Assembly (NCBI GenBank): GCA_032250835.1
Contig: JAVVEA010000001.1
Span: 256,001-320,000 of the forward strand
Direction: 5' to 3'
DNA length: 64,000 bases
Source of the DNA: a bacterium
GTDB taxonomy: Bacteria; SAR324; XYD2-FULL-50-16
Numbering within the stretch: position 1 is the stretch's first letter; every line of letters starts with the position of its first letter. Below are positions 9,289-19,082 of this stretch, in pieces. Made by a program: the position numbers and the translations under genes. The notes beneath the pieces were generated by a model. The model worked only from the letters and a program-made list of their open reading frames with translations, did no database searches and was not told the DNA's origin.

Positions 9289-10404
9289 TTGGAGTCAATA
9301 CCCTTGAAAACCACCCCCTTAAACGCATGGCACCACCAGTCCGGTGCCCGAATGGTTGACTTTTCTGGCTGGGAAATGCCCATCCAATATGACGGCATCA
9401 TCGCCGAGCACCAACGCACCCGCACCCAAGCCGGTCTGTTTGACGTGAGCCATATGGGGGAGTTGCACCTTGAAGGCCCCGATGCGCTGGCCAATCTCCA
9501 GCGCCTCCTGCCCAATGACTTTAGGGACCTGCAAATCGGTCAGGTACGCTATTCTCCGCTGCTTTACGACAACGGTACCTGTGTAGATGACCTTTCGGTA
9601 TACAAACTCTGCGACGAGAAATACCTGCTCTGCGTCAATGCTTCGAACATCGACAAAGACCGCGAATGGATCCAAAGCCATTTGCAGGGCGATGTCACCC
9701 TTACCGACAAAAGCGCCGAAACCGGCCAAATCGCCATCCAGGGCCCCGCAGCCCTGTCGATTGTCGAAAAGCTAGTGGGCCGAGATCTTTCGGCCATCAA
9801 GTATTGGTGGTTCGACTGGGCTTTGGTGGAGGGCAAAGAGTTGATGTTGGCCCGTATGGGCTACACCGGCGAAGATGGTTTTGAGATCTTCTGCAAGGCT
9901 GGCGATACCCAATGGGTTTGGGATCAACTGCTAATTTTAGGCAAAGATCAGGGTATTGGCCCGGTGGGCTTAGGGGCCCGTGATACGCTACGCCTGGAAG
10001 TGACCTTTCCGCTTTATGGCCAGGAATTAAACGAAACCCACCCCGCCTTGGCCGCCGGTTTGGGTAGCTTCATCAAGCTAGATAAGGCCGAAGATTTTAT
10101 CGGCAAGGCCGCGCTGGTGCAGGCCAAACAGAACGGGATGAGCGAACGTTTGGTGAAGTTTGTGCTCGAAGGCAAGGGCGTACCCCGGCCTCATTACCGG
10201 GTCCTGGATCTGGAGACCGGTGAGCCGATTGGGGAAGTCACCAGCGGCACCCATTCCCCCATGACCAGCCAAGGCATCGGGATGGCCTACGTCAAGACCT
10301 CCTATGCCGAAGTAGACCGCCAGATTGGCATTGAAGTACGCAACCGAGTGATTGCCGCGAAAATCATCAAAGGCGCTTTTGTGAAGGTTGCACGCAAAGG
10401 CTAA
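9289..10404 (+). CDS. gcvT: Glycine cleavage aminomethyltransferase T
   Basis: KTTPL..WH, FSGWEMPIQY, GLFDVSHMG, GYTGEDGFE, GLGARDTLRLE. Confidence 0.97.
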   Translation: MESIPLKTTPLNAWHHQSGARMVDFSGWEMPIQYDGIIAEHQRTRTQAGLFDVSHMGELHLEGPDALANLQRLLPNDFRDLQIGQVRYSPLLYDNGTCVDDLSVYKLCDEKYLLCVNASNIDKDREWIQSHLQGDVTLTDKSAETGQIAIQGPAALSIVEKLVGRDLSAIKYWWFDWALVEGKELMLARMGYTGEDGFEIFCKAGDTQWVWDQLLILGKDQGIGPVGLGARDTLRLEVTFPLYGQELNETHPALAAGLGSFIKLDKAEDFIGKAALVQAKQNGMSERLVKFVLEGKGVPRPHYRVLDLETGEPIGEVTSGTHSPMTSQGIGMAYVKTSYAEVDRQIGIEVRNRVIAAKIIKGAFVKVARKG

Positions 10405-10477
10405 AAAGGGCTTGATTTTTTCGGGTCAGTAAAATCATGATCAGGGCCTAAGTCGAACCTGCAACCTGGGAGAATAA

Positions 10478-10864
10478 ATGGAAGTACGCGCAGAATTAAA
10501 GTACACCGAAGAGCATGAATGGCTGTCAATTCAGGGCAACAAAGCCACCCTGGGGATTACAGACTTTGCTCAGAACAAATTGGGCGATATTGTGTTCGTC
10601 GAGCTACCCGAAGTGGGCACCATCGTCGAAGCTGGTGAAACGATTGGTAACATCGAATCGGTTAAGGCCGTTTCAGAAATTTTTTGCCCCGTTGCCGGCG
10701 AAGTGACAGAAGTCAACAAGGACCTCGAAGACGAGCCCGACTTGGTCAACACCTCTTGCTTTGATGATGGCTGGATCGTTAAAATCCGCATCGACTCATC
10801 GGACCTAACCGACGCAAACTTGATGAGCGACGAAGAATACACCCAACATTGCGCCAACGAGTAA
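10478..10864 (+). CDS. gcvH: Glycine cleavage H protein
   Basis: YTEEHEW, GITDFAQ..LGDIVFVELP, lipoyl-lysine motif ESVKAVSE. Confidence 0.97.
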   Translation: MEVRAELKYTEEHEWLSIQGNKATLGITDFAQNKLGDIVFVELPEVGTIVEAGETIGNIESVKAVSEIFCPVAGEVTEVNKDLEDEPDLVNTSCFDDGWIVKIRIDSSDLTDANLMSDEEYTQHCANE

Positions 10865-10874
10865 CCAACCGCCC

Positions 10875-12215
10875 ATGCGCTATTTCCCCAACGACCCGCA
10901 AACCCGCCAGGAGATGCTGCAACGCATTGGCGTCTCCCGGCCCGAAGATCTCTTTGCCGCCATCCCGGCGAATCTTCAGCTAACTTCACTGCTCAACATT
11001 TCGGCTCCGCGTTCTGAATACGCGCTGCTTAAGGAGCTAAAAGCCAAAGCCGCCTCTTACCCGAGCGAGCTGCCGAGCTTTTTAGGCGCAGGCGTTTACC
11101 GGCGGTTTATCCCCTCGGCCATTGCGCCTATTGTCTCTAGGGCCGAGTTCTTGACGGCCTACACGCCCTATCAGCCCGAAGTGAGCCAGGGGACGTTGCA
11201 GGCTATGTTCGAGTTCCAGACCATGCTGTCTTTATTGACGGGTATGGAAGTCGCAAACGCCTCGATGTACGAAGGTGCCAGCGCCACCGCCGAGGCGGTG
11301 ATGATGGCCAAGCGGGTTTACGCCAAGGGAAGCAAAGTTCTGGTCAGCGCGGGTTTACACCCCGAATATTTAGAAACCCTACGGACCTACCTTTCCTTTG
11401 GGGATTTGGAACTGGTCTTGATCCCGCTGCAAGCTAACGGCCAGACCGATCTGGAGGCCTTAAAAGCCCAATTGGACGAAACCGCGCTTTGTTCGGTATT
11501 GCAACGGGTTAACTTTTACGGGGTGATCGAGGACGCATCGGCCCACGCCGCGCTGCTGGAGGGATTTAAGGCCCTCAACATTGAGGTGCTGCCCGAAATG
11601 ACCGCCTTAGGCCTGCTCAAGACTCCCGGCGAACTGGGGGTAGATATTTTTGTCGGTGAAGGCCAGTCTTTGGGCTTACCGGTCAGCTACGGCGGACCGA
11701 ACCTGGGCGTGTTCGCCTGTAAGGCTGAATTTATGCGCAAGATGCCGGGCCGCTTGAGCGGTATGACCGAAGACTCCCGCGGTGAGCGGGCCTTCTGTTT
11801 GACCCTCTCGACCCGCGAACAACACATCCGGCGCGAAAAGGCGACCAGCAACATTTGCAGCAACCAAGCCCTGATGGCGCTTTGGGTCACCATCTACCTT
11901 TCGCTGTTAGGCAAGTCGGGCTTACGCCAATTAGCCCAGACCAACCTGACCTTGGCCGACTACGCCCGCCAGCAGATGGGCGCTGCGGGCCTTAAGTTGC
12001 GTTACAGCGGGGCGGTGTACAATGAGTTTGTGCTGGAGCTGCCCTGTAACGCAGGGCTTTGGGTAGATAAAATCCAGCATGAAGGGCTCCTGGCCGGAGT
12101 CAATTTGAACCGCTTCAACGCCGAAGACGAAAGTGGGCTGTTGCTGAGTTTTACAGAATTAAACAGCAAGCAGGAGATCGACCTCTTGGTGTCCAAACTC
12201 AAGGAGCTGTTATGA
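10875..12215 (+). CDS. gcvPA: Glycine dehydrogenase subunit 1
   Basis: FLGAG, EFLTAYTPYQPEVSQG, NASMYEG, TREQHIRREKATSNIC. Confidence 0.96.
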   Translation: MRYFPNDPQTRQEMLQRIGVSRPEDLFAAIPANLQLTSLLNISAPRSEYALLKELKAKAASYPSELPSFLGAGVYRRFIPSAIAPIVSRAEFLTAYTPYQPEVSQGTLQAMFEFQTMLSLLTGMEVANASMYEGASATAEAVMMAKRVYAKGSKVLVSAGLHPEYLETLRTYLSFGDLELVLIPLQANGQTDLEALKAQLDETALCSVLQRVNFYGVIEDASAHAALLEGFKALNIEVLPEMTALGLLKTPGELGVDIFVGEGQSLGLPVSYGGPNLGVFACKAEFMRKMPGRLSGMTEDSRGERAFCLTLSTREQHIRREKATSNICSNQALMALWVTIYLSLLGKSGLRQLAQTNLTLADYARQQMGAAGLKLRYSGAVYNEFVLELPCNAGLWVDKIQHEGLLAGVNLNRFNAEDESGLLLSFTELNSKQEIDLLVSKLKELL

Positions 12216-13684
12216 GCGTCGGCAAACATGGCATGGTATTCAGCGAGCCCCTGCTGTTTGAACTCAAAGGCGGCGGTAAGTCCGGCATGGACCTGCCTGA
12301 ATTAGACCTTCCGTTAATCGACGCCGCCGAGCTACTGCCTGCTGAGTTTTTGCGTGAAGCCGCCGAACTGCCGGAGTTGAGCGAGCCCGAGGTAGTGCGC
12401 CACTTCACCCGGTTGAGCCAATGGAACTATTCGGTAGACGGCGGATTTTATCCGCTCGGCTCTTGCACCATGAAGTACAACCCCAAGGTCAACGAAGTCG
12501 CCGCCTCTATCGAAGGCTTCGCCAATGGCCACCCCTATGCGCCCTATGGCTGCAACCAGGGGATCAAGCGGTTGCTCTTTGAATTCGAGCAAGATTTGGC
12601 CGAAATTTCGGGCATGGACGCGGTCAGCTTACACCCCGCCGCCGGTTCCCATGGGGAACTGACTGGGATGATGCTGATCCGGGCGTACCATTTGGACCGA
12701 GGCGACCTCAAACGCACCAAGGTCTTGATCCCCGATTCGGCCCACGGCACCAACCCTTCAAGCGCTTCGGTCTGCCACTTAGAGTCCGTAGAACTGCCTT
12801 CGGGGCCCGATGGCTTGATCGACATGGAAGCCTTAGACCGCTTGATGGACGAGAACGTCGCCGGGATTATGCTGACCAACCCCAACACCTGCGGCCTTTT
12901 TGAGACCAACATCGAGCGGGTCTGCCAGTTGGTGCATGAACGCGGCGGCTTGGTCTATCTGGACGGGGCCAACATGAACGCGATGGTCGGGGTGACCCGG
13001 CCCGGCGACATGGGTGCTGACGTATTGCACTTTAACACCCACAAGACCTTCTCCACCCCCCACGGGGGCGGCGGCCCCGGAGCCGGTCCGATTGGCGTCA
13101 AGAGCCTCTTGGAGCCCTATCTCCCCCGCCCGGTGCTCTTTGAAAAAGACGGACGGATTGAGATGGATTTTGACCGGCCCAAGTCCATCGGCAAGGTCCG
13201 CAGCTTTTACGGCAGCACCGGCGTCTTGATCCGCGCCTGGACCTACATCAAAACCTTGGGGGCCGAAGGTTTGCGGGAAATGACCCTGTGGGCGGTGACC
13301 AACGCCAACTACCTCAAAGCGCGGCTCGCCGGGGATTTCCACCTGCCCTTCGACAGCCAGCATTGCATGCATGAAGTCTTACTGACCGATAAGTTCCAAC
13401 AGGAACGCCACGTCAGCACCATGGACTTGGCCAAGGGATTGATCGAGGCGGGCTTCCACCCGCCGACCGTCTATTTCCCGCTGGTCGTCTCCGGCGCGCT
13501 CTTGATCGAGCCGACGGAAACGGAGTCCAAGGAAACGCTGGACCACTTCGCCGACGCCCTTTTGGAACTTTCAAAAAAGAGCCACGAGGAACTAGCCGAA
13601 CTACCGAAGATGCCGCCCGTCGGGCGGGTAGACGAGGTCCTAGCCAACCGCAAGCCCATCCTCCGCTGGCAACCGGAGTCCTAG
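12212..13684 (+). CDS. gcvPB: Glycine dehydrogenase subunit 2
   Basis: YPLGSCTMKYNP, PLP-lysine motif HFNTHKTFSTPHGGGGPG, IEPTETESKE; ATGA overlap with gcvPA. Confidence 0.96.
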   Translation: MSVGKHGMVFSEPLLFELKGGGKSGMDLPELDLPLIDAAELLPAEFLREAAELPELSEPEVVRHFTRLSQWNYSVDGGFYPLGSCTMKYNPKVNEVAASIEGFANGHPYAPYGCNQGIKRLLFEFEQDLAEISGMDAVSLHPAAGSHGELTGMMLIRAYHLDRGDLKRTKVLIPDSAHGTNPSSASVCHLESVELPSGPDGLIDMEALDRLMDENVAGIMLTNPNTCGLFETNIERVCQLVHERGGLVYLDGANMNAMVGVTRPGDMGADVLHFNTHKTFSTPHGGGGPGAGPIGVKSLLEPYLPRPVLFEKDGRIEMDFDRPKSIGKVRSFYGSTGVLIRAWTYIKTLGAEGLREMTLWAVTNANYLKARLAGDFHLPFDSQHCMHEVLLTDKFQQERHVSTMDLAKGLIEAGFHPPTVYFPLVVSGALLIEPTETESKETLDHFADALLELSKKSHEELAELPKMPPVGRVDEVLANRKPILRWQPES

Positions 13685-13981
13685 CCTAAGACTTTCACGT
13701 CATACCCCGGCCCTTCACGGCTGGGGTTCCCCCCTGATAGAAATCCACTGTTTCCAGTTCCATAGGTTTAAATTCCTTGGAATTTGTCCACTAGGTATAA
13801 GATATATCTTTGTAATTACAACTCTAAAAAATCTAATATCCATTGAGCCGAGGCAGCAGTTCGCTAGAAATTGTGCCCCTTAAGAAATGGACGTCTTCGT
13901 CCACACCAAAAAGAAGGCGGAACCCTTGCGTAGTTATAATGCTTGTTGTAATGTATTCATACGACATACAGGAGAAAGGTC

Positions 13982-14209
13982 ATGCAATATATCAGCGTAG
14001 ACGATGCCCGCAAGCGGTTTGGGCAACTTGGCAAAGAGGAAGTCGCCGTCACCAATCGGGGCAAAATCGCTTTTTACATCTTACCGCCCGAGGACATGGC
14101 CGACTTACGCCTATTCCGGCGCAAGCAGCGGATCGCCGAATCTAAACAGATTGGTGAGGGGATGAAGGCAGGGACCATTGCCAAGGCTCCCTTTGATGAA
14201 CTGCCATGA
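13982..14209 (+). CDS. Putative Phd/YefM-like antitoxin
   Basis: 75 aa with Phd-like pattern YISVDDARKRF...EEVAVTNRGK; ATGA overlap with a 93-aa ORF; upstream TATAAT at 13935-13940 and AGGAG RBS. Confidence 0.65.
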   Translation: MQYISVDDARKRFGQLGKEEVAVTNRGKIAFYILPPEDMADLRLFRRKQRIAESKQIGEGMKAGTIAKAPFDELP

Positions 14210-14487
14210 ATCGGGTAAGCTTTAGCCCGCAGTTTTATGCGGATTGTGAAGTCCTCAAAGCCTTGGCCCCCAGTGTATACAATAGGGTCAAAGAAAACCT
14301 AGGTCTCCTTCGAAATGCCGAACCCGGGACTATAGACGGCGTGACCTGGGACCAGGAGGCTGAAGTCTATACTTGGGTCTTTGAACCCGCCGATACGGGG
14401 AGCCCTTTTTGCGTTGAGGCCGATTTTGTAGTAGAGGGTCATGAAATCTATTTAACCAGACTAGAATCCTTCGAGTTGCCTTTATAA
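14206..14487 (+). CDS. Putative divergent RelE/ParE-fold toxin (hypothetical)
   Basis: 93 aa, coupled to the Phd-like gene; N-terminus (VSFSPQFYADCEVL...YNRVKENLGLL) resembles the RelE/ParE beta-alpha-alpha start. Confidence 0.45.
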   Translation: MNRVSFSPQFYADCEVLKALAPSVYNRVKENLGLLRNAEPGTIDGVTWDQEAEVYTWVFEPADTGSPFCVEADFVVEGHEIYLTRLESFELPL

Positions 14488-14652
14488 TACCACACAAAAA
14501 CCATCCGCCTGTACCCTATACAAGGCTTGGCAAACAATCTCCAGTGGAGTGATAGCCCTGGAGGTTTCGGATATCTGGCCTTTTTTTTAATTAACTAACC
14601 GCAAGCTAATCCTTAAGGATAGACTTACATACAGTCTTTAGGAGAGGACTCA

Positions 14653-14880
14653 ATGCGTTATATCAGCATCGAAGAGGCCCGCAAAACTCTGGGCTCCTTA
14701 GACCAAGAGGAAGTCGCCGTCACCAAGCGTGGTAAAATCGCTTTTTATACCATACCCACTGCCGAAATAGCCGAATTCCGCCTCTTCCAGCGCAAGCGCC
14801 GCTTGGAAGATTCAGCACGGCGCGTTGAGGCGATGAAAGCTGGGCAGGTCGAAAAATTGGGATTTGAGGACTTGCCCTGA
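14653..14880 (+). CDS. Second Phd/YefM-like antitoxin paralog
   Basis: 75 aa; ungapped alignment to 13982..14209 gives 40/75 identities by manual count; AGGAGAGG RBS. Confidence 0.7.
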   Translation: MRYISIEEARKTLGSLDQEEVAVTKRGKIAFYTIPTAEIAEFRLFQRKRRLEDSARRVEAMKAGQVEKLGFEDLP

Positions 14881-14920
14881 ACCGGCTAACGCTACCCCCG
14901 CCAGTTCGTCGCAAGCCAAG
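14877..14920 (+). pseudogene. Decayed remnant of the toxin 5' end after the second antitoxin
   Basis: ctgaaccggctaacgctacccccgccagttc resembles the toxin start atgaatcgggtaagctttagcccgcagttt, with ATG changed to CTG and an extra base. Confidence 0.4.
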
Positions 14921-14986
14921 AGGATCATAAACAAACTCCCGGCGGCCTGAGGCACAGATTGTCAAATAGAACCATAAAATCTTGCC

Positions 14987-16246
14987 TTACTCAGCCAGCC
15001 AAGCCTTCATGGCTGCGATCAAATAATCTAAATCCTTGGCGGCGATGGTTTCGCGGATGCTGTGCATGGCTAGATTGGGGATGCCTACGTCTAGGCCCTT
15101 GATACCGATGCGGCGGGCCGTCAAGGGGCCGATGGTGGAGCCGCAGCGCAGGTCGCTACGGGTGGCGAAGCGTTGGGTGGGGATGTTGGCCGCCCGGCAG
15201 CGTTGGACAAAGCGCGCGCTGGACTCGGCGTCGGTGATGTAGCTTTGGTTGGCGTTGACCTTGACCACCGGCCCCCCGCCCAGTAACGGCGCATGGGCCT
15301 CGTCATGGAGGTCCGCATAGTTGGGGTGCTGGGCGTGGGCGTTATCGGCCGACAAAAACCAGCTTTGGGCCAAGGCGCGGCCACGGGCTTGGGGGTCCGG
15401 TAGGATGCGCTCTAAGACAGACTCCAAGAAATTACCGGCCGCGCCGCTCTGGGTGCCGCTGCCCACCTCTTCATGGTCGTTGAACACCACCATAGCGCTA
15501 GGATCCCCTTCTTGGTCCGCTAGGGCCTCTAGGGCCGAAAAGCAACTAACTAAATTGTCCAACCGGGCCCCGCAGACCAACTCTTCAGCTACCCCCACCA
15601 AGCCAGCCGCCTCGGTTGGGTAGAGATACAAATCAAATTCCAGCACCTCGGCCACTTGGGGGCCAAATTCCTTTTGGATCAAGGCGCGTAGGTCGCCCTG
15701 GGCTTCCTCGGGCAGGCGCAGGACCGGCGAGAGTTCCTTTTGGGCGTTGATCTTCCAGCCCTCATTAGCGCCAGGACGCAAGTGAATAGCTAAGTTGGGG
15801 ATGATGCCCAGCGGGCGTTTGAAGTCAATCAACCGGGTTTTCAGGTCACCCTGTTCGTCTAGGTAAGCGATCTTTCCGGCAATCGAAAGGTCCCGGTCCA
15901 GCCAAGTGGCCATCAACACCCCGCCGTAGGTCTCTACGCCAAGCGTCCAGTGCCCCTGGCGTTTTTGGTCCGGTTGGGGCTTGACCTTCAGGCCCGGCGA
16001 GTCGGTGTGGGCCCCGATCAGGCGGATGCCGCCAGAACCTAAATCAGCCCCTAACTTAAAGGCGATCAGGCTCGAGCCATTGCGGCTGATCATGTACTTC
16101 CCGCCGGCTTTTAAGTCCCAGGCGTCGGCCTCGTTTAGGGCCACAAAACCGCTGTTTAACAACCGGTCCTGGGCGGCCAAAACCGCGTGAAAGGGGGTGG
16201 GGGAGGCTTTGAGGAATTGGATCAGGCCCAATGAGCAAGGATTCAT
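14987..16246 (-). CDS. apeB: M18 family aspartyl aminopeptidase
   Basis: SPTPFHAV, GAHTDSP, TWLDRDL, ARLDN, DHEEVGS, CGSTIGP, AMHSIRE; ATG at 16246. Confidence 0.92.
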   Translation of the reverse strand: MNPCSLGLIQFLKASPTPFHAVLAAQDRLLNSGFVALNEADAWDLKAGGKYMISRNGSSLIAFKLGADLGSGGIRLIGAHTDSPGLKVKPQPDQKRQGHWTLGVETYGGVLMATWLDRDLSIAGKIAYLDEQGDLKTRLIDFKRPLGIIPNLAIHLRPGANEGWKINAQKELSPVLRLPEEAQGDLRALIQKEFGPQVAEVLEFDLYLYPTEAAGLVGVAEELVCGARLDNLVSCFSALEALADQEGDPSAMVVFNDHEEVGSGTQSGAAGNFLESVLERILPDPQARGRALAQSWFLSADNAHAQHPNYADLHDEAHAPLLGGGPVVKVNANQSYITDAESSARFVQRCRAANIPTQRFATRSDLRCGSTIGPLTARRIGIKGLDVGIPNLAMHSIRETIAAKDLDYLIAAMKAWLAE

Positions 16247-16247
16247 G

Positions 16248-17063
16248 TTATTTTCCGAAGGGGTCCGGTTGGATTTTGGCCACCCAATGGGGCAGCCCCA
16301 AGCCCAGGTGGGGCTCAAGTTGTTTGGCGCGGCCCTGGCGGCTGCGGGCGTCGGGCGGCTGGGCCCCTGCGCCGAAGGCAAAAAGAATTTTATTGGTCCG
16401 TTCGGGCACCATCAGGCTCAAGATACGCCGATCAAAAACCTCGGCCAAGTGGTAATGGTTGATCTGGTAGCGGGACTGGGGCTCGGTCCACAAATTCAAA
16501 GCCACCAACCCGCCACGACTGACTAACCGGCCCAAGGCCCGAAAGAAACCGGGGCCCTGCACCGATTCGGCAACGCCCTCTTTATCAAAGGCATCGACCA
16601 GCACTAGGTCATAGTCAAAGCGCTTGGCGTGGACCAGATAGTCCTTCACGTCGGCGATGATCAGGTTCAAACGGGGCGAAGCGAGCAGGCCAAAGTGTTC
16701 CTGGGCTAATTGGACCACCGATTCACGCAGTTCCACCGCGTCCACCCGGCAGTTAGGGTAGCGCTGCAAGAGGTACTTGACCATCGAGCCACCGCCCAAT
16801 CCAATAAACAGAACCCTTTGCGGCTCCTCATCCAGCAAAGCCAATGAACACATCATGGCTTGGGTGTAGTCGAGAATTAGCCGGTCTGGCTGAGACACGG
16901 ACATGGCGCTTTGCTTTTCGGGCCGGTCAAAGTGTAAGCTCCGTTCACCCTTGCGCTCGATCACCTGGATTTCGCCCCACTCGTCTTCAAGGGATTCCAA
17001 AAGTCGCCCTCCGAAGCGGCTGCTACCCCAGTGGCCAATCAGTTCTTTTAGTCCCCTTTGCAT
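16248..17063 (-). CDS. Spermidine-synthase-like class I SAM-dependent methyltransferase
   Basis: LILDYTQAM, VLFIGLGGG, VDAVEL, YDLVLVDAF; likely ATG at 17063. Confidence 0.85.
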   Translation of the reverse strand: MQRGLKELIGHWGSSRFGGRLLESLEDEWGEIQVIERKGERSLHFDRPEKQSAMSVSQPDRLILDYTQAMMCSLALLDEEPQRVLFIGLGGGSMVKYLLQRYPNCRVDAVELRESVVQLAQEHFGLLASPRLNLIIADVKDYLVHAKRFDYDLVLVDAFDKEGVAESVQGPGFFRALGRLVSRGGLVALNLWTEPQSRYQINHYHLAEVFDRRILSLMVPERTNKILFAFGAGAQPPDARSRQGRAKQLEPHLGLGLPHWVAKIQPDPFGK

Positions 17064-17126
17064 ACTTGCCTTTAAAAGGTTGGGCGGGCTAGTCTGCAGG
17101 ATACCAACCTGCTGATGGAATGACAA

Positions 17127-17546
17127 ATGGCAAAACCAACCCCCGATGACTTCCGCTTCAAGCTAGAGCTGGCGGTACGTGATTATGAATTGGACCTTTT
17201 GGGCATGGTGAATAACTCGGTGTACCAAAGTTATTTGGAACATGCCCGGCATGAATTCCTCAAGGAAATCGGCATCGATTTTGCCGGGATGTTTAAGGAA
17301 GGCTACCGGCTGGTGGTGGTTCGCTCGGAACTGGACTACAGACAAACCTTACATTCAGGCGATCGTTTTTTGGTCTGCGTCCGCCTAGAACGGGACTCTA
17401 AGGTACGCTTCCGCTTCCACCAAGCCATCTTTAGGCTGCCTGACCTTACCCTAGCGATTGAAGCCCAGATTCTGGGCACTTGCCTCAAAGAAACTGGCCG
17501 CCCCTGTTTTCCCCCAGGATGGGAATCTTTGGTTGAGCCTCTATAA
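17127..17546 (+). CDS. Acyl-CoA thioesterase (YbgC/FadM hotdog family)
   Basis: VRDYELDLLGMVNNSVYQSYLEHARHE. Confidence 0.9.
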   Translation: MAKPTPDDFRFKLELAVRDYELDLLGMVNNSVYQSYLEHARHEFLKEIGIDFAGMFKEGYRLVVVRSELDYRQTLHSGDRFLVCVRLERDSKVRFRFHQAIFRLPDLTLAIEAQILGTCLKETGRPCFPPGWESLVEPL

Positions 17547-17577
17547 CCATATCCGCCAATATCTTTAACAAATCAAA

Positions 17578-19005
17578 ATGACCCTTGAACCTGCCGCTTT
17601 GGTGCTGTTGATCTTTTTACTGCTTTGGGCTTTGGCTGCGCTCTTTTGGGGCTTTAAGCAAAAAGGGCGAGCGGACCTCAGCGAAGCCGGGGCCCAAAGC
17701 GCCGAAAGCAGGGCTCTGGCCTTAAGCCAAGAGCTGAGCGCCTTAAAGGTGGACCAAGAAACGAGCCGCGAAGAATTGCAAGAGCTTTTCAGCCAACGCA
17801 GCGGATTGAGCGAAAAGGTGGAGTCCGCCCAGTCTCAGCTATCCAAGGCTGAAGCACGCTCAGCGGCCTTAGAAGCCGAACTTAACCAAGCCCGTCAAAG
17901 CGAATCTAAGCTCAGCCGCCTGCTGGGCGAAGCGGAAACGAGGCTAGAAGACGAAGCCAAAGCCCGCAAAGAACAATTCGAGCGCCTAGAGGAACAGCGC
18001 AACCAGCTCAAGGAACAGTTTGAAAATTTAGCGAACCGGATCTTTGAAGAGAAGCACAAACGCTTCTCCGAGACCAGCCAAGAGGGCCTCAAAACGCTGC
18101 TCAACCCGCTACGCGAACAGCTAGGGGATTTTAAGAAAAAGGTCGAGGAAACCCACGAAAAGCGCACCAGCGACCAAGCCCAGCTATTGGAGCAGATCCG
18201 TAACCTCAAGGACCTCAACCAAACCTTAGCCCAAGAGGCCCACGCCTTGACCAGCGCCCTGAAGGGGGAATCAAAAACCCAGGGTGACTGGGGCGAACTG
18301 ATCTTAGAGCGCATCTTAGAGCAGTCGGGCTTGACCAAGGGCCGTGAATACGACCTCCAGCCAAGCTACCAAAACGCCGAGGGCAACTTATCCCGCCCCG
18401 ACGCGGTGATCCACCTGCCCGAGGGGCGCGACTTGGTGGTGGACTCTAAGGTTTCGTTGACCGCCTTCGAGCGCTTCCATAACGCCGAGGACGAGGAACA
18501 ACGGGCAGCGGCCTTAAAAGAACACCTTAGTAGCGTTAAAGGGCATATCAAAGGGCTTTCGGCCAAAAATTACCAAGGCCTAGAACAGCTCAAGACCTTA
18601 GACTTTGTTTTGATGTTTGTGCCCTTAGAAGCGGCCTTTTTGGCGGCCCACAACCAAGACCCCGGCCTATTTAAGCTGGCCTTTGATGCCAACGTGCTGC
18701 TGGCGAGCCCTTCGACCCTGTTGGTGACCCTGCGCACCGTCGCCAACCTCTGGCGCTATGAGGACCAAAACCAAAATGCCCGTGAAATTGCCGCCCAGGC
18801 GGGGCGGATGTTAGAAAAGTTCAGCCTCTTTGCGGACTCTTTAAGCGAGGTGGGCAGCCGGATTGGGCAGGCACAAACGGCCTACGATACCGCTCTGAAG
18901 CGTTTCAGCGATGGCCGCGGCAGTTTGGTGGATCAAGCCAACAAGCTACAAGCCATGGGGGTAGAAACCAAAAAGAAACTACCGGCCCCAAATTTGGACG
19001 AATAG
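17578..19005 (+). CDS. rmuC: DNA recombination protein RmuC
   Basis: N-terminal TM plus coiled coil; KTQGDWGE, RPDAVIHLP, VVDSKVSL, DFVLMFVP. Confidence 0.95.
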   Translation: MTLEPAALVLLIFLLLWALAALFWGFKQKGRADLSEAGAQSAESRALALSQELSALKVDQETSREELQELFSQRSGLSEKVESAQSQLSKAEARSAALEAELNQARQSESKLSRLLGEAETRLEDEAKARKEQFERLEEQRNQLKEQFENLANRIFEEKHKRFSETSQEGLKTLLNPLREQLGDFKKKVEETHEKRTSDQAQLLEQIRNLKDLNQTLAQEAHALTSALKGESKTQGDWGELILERILEQSGLTKGREYDLQPSYQNAEGNLSRPDAVIHLPEGRDLVVDSKVSLTAFERFHNAEDEEQRAAALKEHLSSVKGHIKGLSAKNYQGLEQLKTLDFVLMFVPLEAAFLAAHNQDPGLFKLAFDANVLLASPSTLLVTLRTVANLWRYEDQNQNAREIAAQAGRMLEKFSLFADSLSEVGSRIGQAQTAYDTALKRFSDGRGSLVDQANKLQAMGVETKKKLPAPNLDE

Positions 19006-19082
19006 CGCCTCCTGAAGATTGACGCTCGCTTTTTTTTAGTCCTTTCCTTAAACTGAAAAGTTGAATCCAGCGGAGTGAGGCT

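Noticed and set aside
13843..14145. 100-aa ORF overlapping the antitoxin
   Set aside because: TTG start, spans the apparent promoter and overlaps a better-supported gene out of frame.
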